A stretch of DNA of 64,000 nt from an uncultured Chloroflexia bacterium (GTDB taxonomy: Bacteria > Chloroflexota > Dehalococcoidia > DSTF01 > JALHUB01). A program made the position numbers and the translations under genes. This document shows positions 60,266 to 64,000 of this stretch, in pieces (the first letter of the stretch is position 1; every line of letters begins with the position of its first letter). A model generated the notes under the pieces. The model ran no database searches. It was not told the origin of the DNA and worked only from the letters and a program-made list of their open reading frames with translations. The stretch spans positions 1,760,001-1,824,000 of the forward strand of contig OY969814.1 of assembly GCA_963703345.1 (NCBI GenBank), read 5' to 3'.

Positions 60266-61351
60266 TTATCTCTCGTCTGGCAAGCGCTGAATTCGTCGCA
60301 GAACGACCAGGCTTGCCGCCCCCAGCGCGATAGGCAGCCACAACGCGAAGAAGCGGTAGCCAAGGGCGGCGGCGATGGCTGTGTTCCGGGATACGCCGAA
60401 TGAGACCAGCAGCACGCTCAACGACACCTCGACGAAGCCGAGCCCCGAGGGCGTGACGGCCACCAGCGAAAAGAGCAGCGCGACGGCGTAGGCGGAAAGC
60501 GCCTGCTGGACGTTGATATCGGCGTGGACGGCGTGCGCCATCAGGTAGAGCAGCGCCGCAGCCAGCACCTGGATGCCGAGGGCATGGATGAAGGGCAGCA
60601 GATACTTGCCTGGGCGCTTTCTAACGAAGGTTATCGCCTCGTACAGCTCGTCGGCGGCAACGCGGGTGGAATCGAGGTCGACGACCTGCTCGCGGCGAAC
60701 AAGGAGTGCCAGCAAGTTCACCGCCTTCGCGCCGATGACGTACATCCGCTCCAGTCCCTTCCTGCTGCTCAGAGCGGCCACAGGCACGGCGCCGACGACA
60801 ACGATTATGACGGTGATGATCAGCGAGGCAATGACTTCAGCCTGTGTCAGCGAGCCCTGAAGATAAAGCAGGGCCAGTGCGACGACGAGGACGACGAGGA
60901 AGGCCGCATAGCCCAGAACGTAGGCAGCCATGTAAGCGGCGCCGACGCGGGCCGCCGGCTGATCGCTCCAACGCGCTTCCCGCAAATAGAACGCAATGCC
61001 GCCGATGCCTCCCGTCTTCGACACGAGGTTCACGAAATATGATGCCTGGGTGATGAAGACGAATCGCCAGACAGAGGCGCGCAGGCCGGTCGCCCAGAAC
61101 GTTGTCGCGTAGAAGAGCGTCAGGTTGAGGACGAAGAGTATCTCCACGACGGCGGCCGCGCCCAGATACAGCGGGCGGGCGGAGCGCAACTCGGAGGCGA
61201 TCTGCTTGGCTTCGTTGAGATTCGTGGCTATGACAACGGCGACCAGCAGGAAGAAGGCGAGCCAGATCAGTCGGACCAGGGTGAGGCGCTGCCGGCGTCG
61301 CTGGGACGACGCGTGATGACCCTCGTGCTCCATCATCGATACATGGCTCAC
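60266..61351 (-). CDS. Lysylphosphatidylglycerol synthase TM / flippase-like protein (UPF0104)
   Basis: TPSGLGFVE, YRFFALWLP; polytopic. Confidence 0.8.
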   Translation of the reverse strand: MSHVSMMEHEGHHASSQRRRQRLTLVRLIWLAFFLLVAVVIATNLNEAKQIASELRSARPLYLGAAAVVEILFVLNLTLFYATTFWATGLRASVWRFVFITQASYFVNLVSKTGGIGGIAFYLREARWSDQPAARVGAAYMAAYVLGYAAFLVVLVVALALLYLQGSLTQAEVIASLIITVIIVVVGAVPVAALSSRKGLERMYVIGAKAVNLLALLVRREQVVDLDSTRVAADELYEAITFVRKRPGKYLLPFIHALGIQVLAAALLYLMAHAVHADINVQQALSAYAVALLFSLVAVTPSGLGFVEVSLSVLLVSFGVSRNTAIAAALGYRFFALWLPIALGAASLVVLRRIQRLPDER

Positions 61352-61424
61352 GCTTGCAGCTGGGAAAAGCCGGCTGAGAGGAACTCAACCAAATCATAGC
61401 ACAGGCGAATGAGACGGCAGGAGG

Positions 61425-62678
61425 CTAGAGCGCCCGCACGTCGCGGGAGGCGAGGCCGCTAACCAGCGACAGCAGCAGCGCCGCCAGCACGAAGACGGCG
61501 ATCGTGTGCGCTGTCCCCAGGTAGCGGTCGGCAATGAAGCCCATCATGAGGGCGCCGAAGGGATTGAGCCCCTGCGACATCATGTACAGCGCGAGCACCC
61601 GGCCGCGGAACTCGTCCTCGGCGTGGAGTTGAACGAGCATCTGGTTGAACGCCGTGAACGTCACGAAACCAATACCGCCGATGATCAGCAGCAACAGCGA
61701 GAGGAAGTAGCTGCGGGAGAAGGAGAACGCCAGGATCATAAACGCGTAGAAGACTAGCGCCACACTCATGATGAGGCCCTTGTAGCGCACGTTGGCAAAC
61801 CGGGCGACCACAAGACCGCTGCCGAAAGCGCCGATGCCGACGCCGGTCAGCAGCCAACCGTAGCCCCGCGAGCCCACGTGAAGGTAGTTCTTCGCCATGA
61901 TGGGCATTAGCTGGATGTAGGGGTATATGAGCATCGTGGGAATCGCCTGCAGAAGCGTCAGCCGCAGCAGCGCGCGGTGCCGCAGCAGGTAGGCCGTGCC
62001 GCGTCGCATCGCCGTCCACGCCGGCTCAGACGCCACCGCCGCCGTTTGCTCGAGCCGCATCGCGATCAGGCTGGCGATCGCGCATAGGAAGAAGAACGCT
62101 TCGCTGAAGAACGCGCCCGAGATGTTGTAGCCGACCAGGAAGCCGGCAATCCCCGGTCCGACAACCCTCGCCATGTTGTTGACCATCGCGTTCAAGGCAA
62201 CCGCGTTCGGCAGGTGCTCGCGGTCCACGACGTCGTAAACCAGGAACTGCCGGACCGGGTTGTAGACGCTGGCGGAAAGGCCGCCCGTGAAGGCCGTTAT
62301 GTAGAGCTGCCACATCTCGATGCGGCCCATCACGATGAGGATGGCGATGGCGAGAGCGCCCAGGCCGTTGACGGCGGACGCGACACCGGTCAGAAGGCGT
62401 CGGTTGGTGTGCTCGGAGAAACCGCCGACGAACGGCGAGACGAAGATGATGCTGATGCCGCGAATGAACTGGACGAGCCCCAACTGGAAGGGCGAGTCAG
62501 TAAGCTGGGCGACCAGCCAGCCCTGGCCGATCTGCTCCATCCAGAAGGCGAAGCTGGAAGCCGCCGTGCCGCTTAGCAGATAACGAAAGTTGACGATGGA
62601 CAGCGACTGGAAGGCATGCGAGCCGGAAGCGCCCGTGCTCGGCATGGCGCCTTCAGCGGAATCGGCGGATTCGGCCAC
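61425..62678 (-). CDS. MFS transporter
   Basis: About 12 TM helices; NAVALN...ARVVGP, FRGRV. Confidence 0.9.
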   Translation of the reverse strand: MAESADSAEGAMPSTGASGSHAFQSLSIVNFRYLLSGTAASSFAFWMEQIGQGWLVAQLTDSPFQLGLVQFIRGISIIFVSPFVGGFSEHTNRRLLTGVASAVNGLGALAIAILIVMGRIEMWQLYITAFTGGLSASVYNPVRQFLVYDVVDREHLPNAVALNAMVNNMARVVGPGIAGFLVGYNISGAFFSEAFFFLCAIASLIAMRLEQTAAVASEPAWTAMRRGTAYLLRHRALLRLTLLQAIPTMLIYPYIQLMPIMAKNYLHVGSRGYGWLLTGVGIGAFGSGLVVARFANVRYKGLIMSVALVFYAFMILAFSFSRSYFLSLLLLIIGGIGFVTFTAFNQMLVQLHAEDEFRGRVLALYMMSQGLNPFGALMMGFIADRYLGTAHTIAVFVLAALLLSLVSGLASRDVRAL

Positions 62679-62746
62679 TGGACGCTCCCCCTTCGGCTAT
62701 GCGTCCATTCTATGCTTCCGCTCCGAAGAGGAGAATCGTCGTGAAG

Positions 62747-63418
62747 TCAGAGGTCGAAGCCGTGCACTGAGTAGCCGAGGTAAGCGAGAGCCAGCCCTCG
62801 CACGAGCTTCCCCAGCATGACGGGCACGAGAAAGCGCCAGAAGCTCATGCGGACCGCCCCGGCGCTGAACCCTGCCACCTCGAAGAGCGGGTTTGGGATC
62901 GCGGCAAGCAAGAAGAGCGTCACGCTGCCATGGTGGGCGAGAAGCCACGTTATGCCGGCGCCCACGCCTTCAACGCTGCGGCGGAACCAGGCCGGGCCGC
63001 CGATGCGACGGCCGTGCGCGAGGTCGCGTCCGACGGAGCCGACGACGTAGGTGGTGATTTCGCCGAGGCCCATGCCCAATCCACCGGCAATACCGACCCG
63101 GAACGCTCCCAGCGACTTGGCGTCGCTGACTATGAGCGCCTGGCCGGCGAGAGTAAGGCCGGGAATGAACAGGAATGAGATCGCTGTGCTCGCCAGGTTG
63201 ACAAAGAAGATGCCGGCGTAGCCCAGCCCCTTGAAGCGCTGCTGGAGGATGAGCACGGCGGCGGCAAAGACGATGAGTACGACGGTGACGATTGCGCCGG
63301 CAACAATACGCCGTCGGCGGTCTTGGACGATCCACTCGGCGAAACGCGTCAACCGGTTCGGTCGGCGGTTTTCGATCTCTGCTTCTCGCTCCACCTTGTT
63401 CTCGGGGCGTTCGTCCAT
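62747..63418 (-). CDS. VTT (DedA/SNARE-associated) domain membrane protein
   Basis: GEITTYVVG, IPNPLFEVAG, FWRF...GK. Confidence 0.75.
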   Translation of the reverse strand: MDERPENKVEREAEIENRRPNRLTRFAEWIVQDRRRRIVAGAIVTVVLIVFAAAVLILQQRFKGLGYAGIFFVNLASTAISFLFIPGLTLAGQALIVSDAKSLGAFRVGIAGGLGMGLGEITTYVVGSVGRDLAHGRRIGGPAWFRRSVEGVGAGITWLLAHHGSVTLFLLAAIPNPLFEVAGFSAGAVRMSFWRFLVPVMLGKLVRGLALAYLGYSVHGFDL

Positions 63419-63570
63419 GAGCGCCTCCCTGCTGTCTGTCTCAGGATACCATCACGAGAGCGTCGAATCGAGGCATGGGAAGGGAAAGGAGAGGCGACCA
63501 GCGTGGGGTCTCACGCTGGTCGCCTGAAAGGGGCGGGCGGGGCAACGCCGATAGGTTCGGAGAGGAGCCG

Positions 63571-64000
63571 TTACTCGCCGCCTACGCCACTCAATATTCC
63601 ATCCTGGTCGGCCGCTTTCTCGGCCGGGGTCTCTTCCGTCGCCTTCTCGGCAACGGTCTCGGTCGCAACCGCTTTCGGCTCCGGCAGGGCCGAGCGCTCC
63701 AGCAGCTCCACGAGGTCGAGAGCTTCCGGCGGCTCTTCCAGGCCAAGGCCGGTCAGTCCGTCTTTGAACATCTGGAGGCAGAACGGACAGGCGGTCAGTA
63801 CTTTGTCGGCGCCCGTGTCCACGGCTTCCTTGGCGCGCAGCCGGTTGACGCGCTGCTCCGGCTCTTCCTCCATCCACATCCGTCCGCCGCCGGCGCCGCA
63901 GCAGATGCCGTCGGCGCCGCAGTGGGCCATCTCCACAAGCTCGACGCCCGGGACGGCGGCAGCCAGCTTGCGCGGCGCGTCGTAGATGCCGTGATAGCGG
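63571..64000 (-). CDS. CCG-domain Fe-S oxidoreductase (GlpC/HdrD-like), 3' part
   Basis: RYHGIYDAPR, CCGAGGG, TACPFC; starts beyond the window. Confidence 0.85.
   Translation of the reverse strand, partial: RYHGIYDAPRKLAAAVPGVELVEMAHCGADGICCGAGGGRMWMEEEPEQRVNRLRAKEAVDTGADKVLTACPFCLQMFKDGLTGLGLEEPPEALDLVELLERSALPEPKAVATETVAEKATEETPAEKAADQDGILSGVGGE

Overview
GC-rich bacterial window. Gene content points to Chloroflexota, probably Dehalococcoidia-like (inference). Most of it is housekeeping: opp/dpp ABC transporter, aspS, hemW, gatB, secG, fmt, rplY, serA, selA, pfkA, larE and nine tRNAs. Two parts stand out. (1) At 9.4-17.2 kb there is an archaeal-type motility (archaellum) cluster: arlB, an ArlC/D/E-like gene, arlG, arlF, arlH, arlI, arlJ. 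It has a divergent NarL-type regulator, runs into a small acidic ORF and a peptidoglycan amidase, and is followed by a Tad-like gene and an O-antigen-ligase/TPR gene. (2) At 50.4-51.1 kb a tRNA-Asn locus carries a small GIY-YIG nuclease gene between the intact tRNA and a partial tRNA copy, plus three identical 103-bp tRNA-derived repeats. In all four altered copies part of the anticodon arm is replaced by a 15-nt palindrome, TCCGCC-NNN-GGCGGA. Next to this lie remnants of an island: a recombinase-like C-terminal fragment, an att-like repeat and surface-protein genes. Lesions include a +1 frameshift in oppA, an in-frame TGA in an acyl-CoA ligase and a probable ATA start for arlG; these could be real or assembly errors. 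All product calls come from motif recognition by eye; no searches were run.
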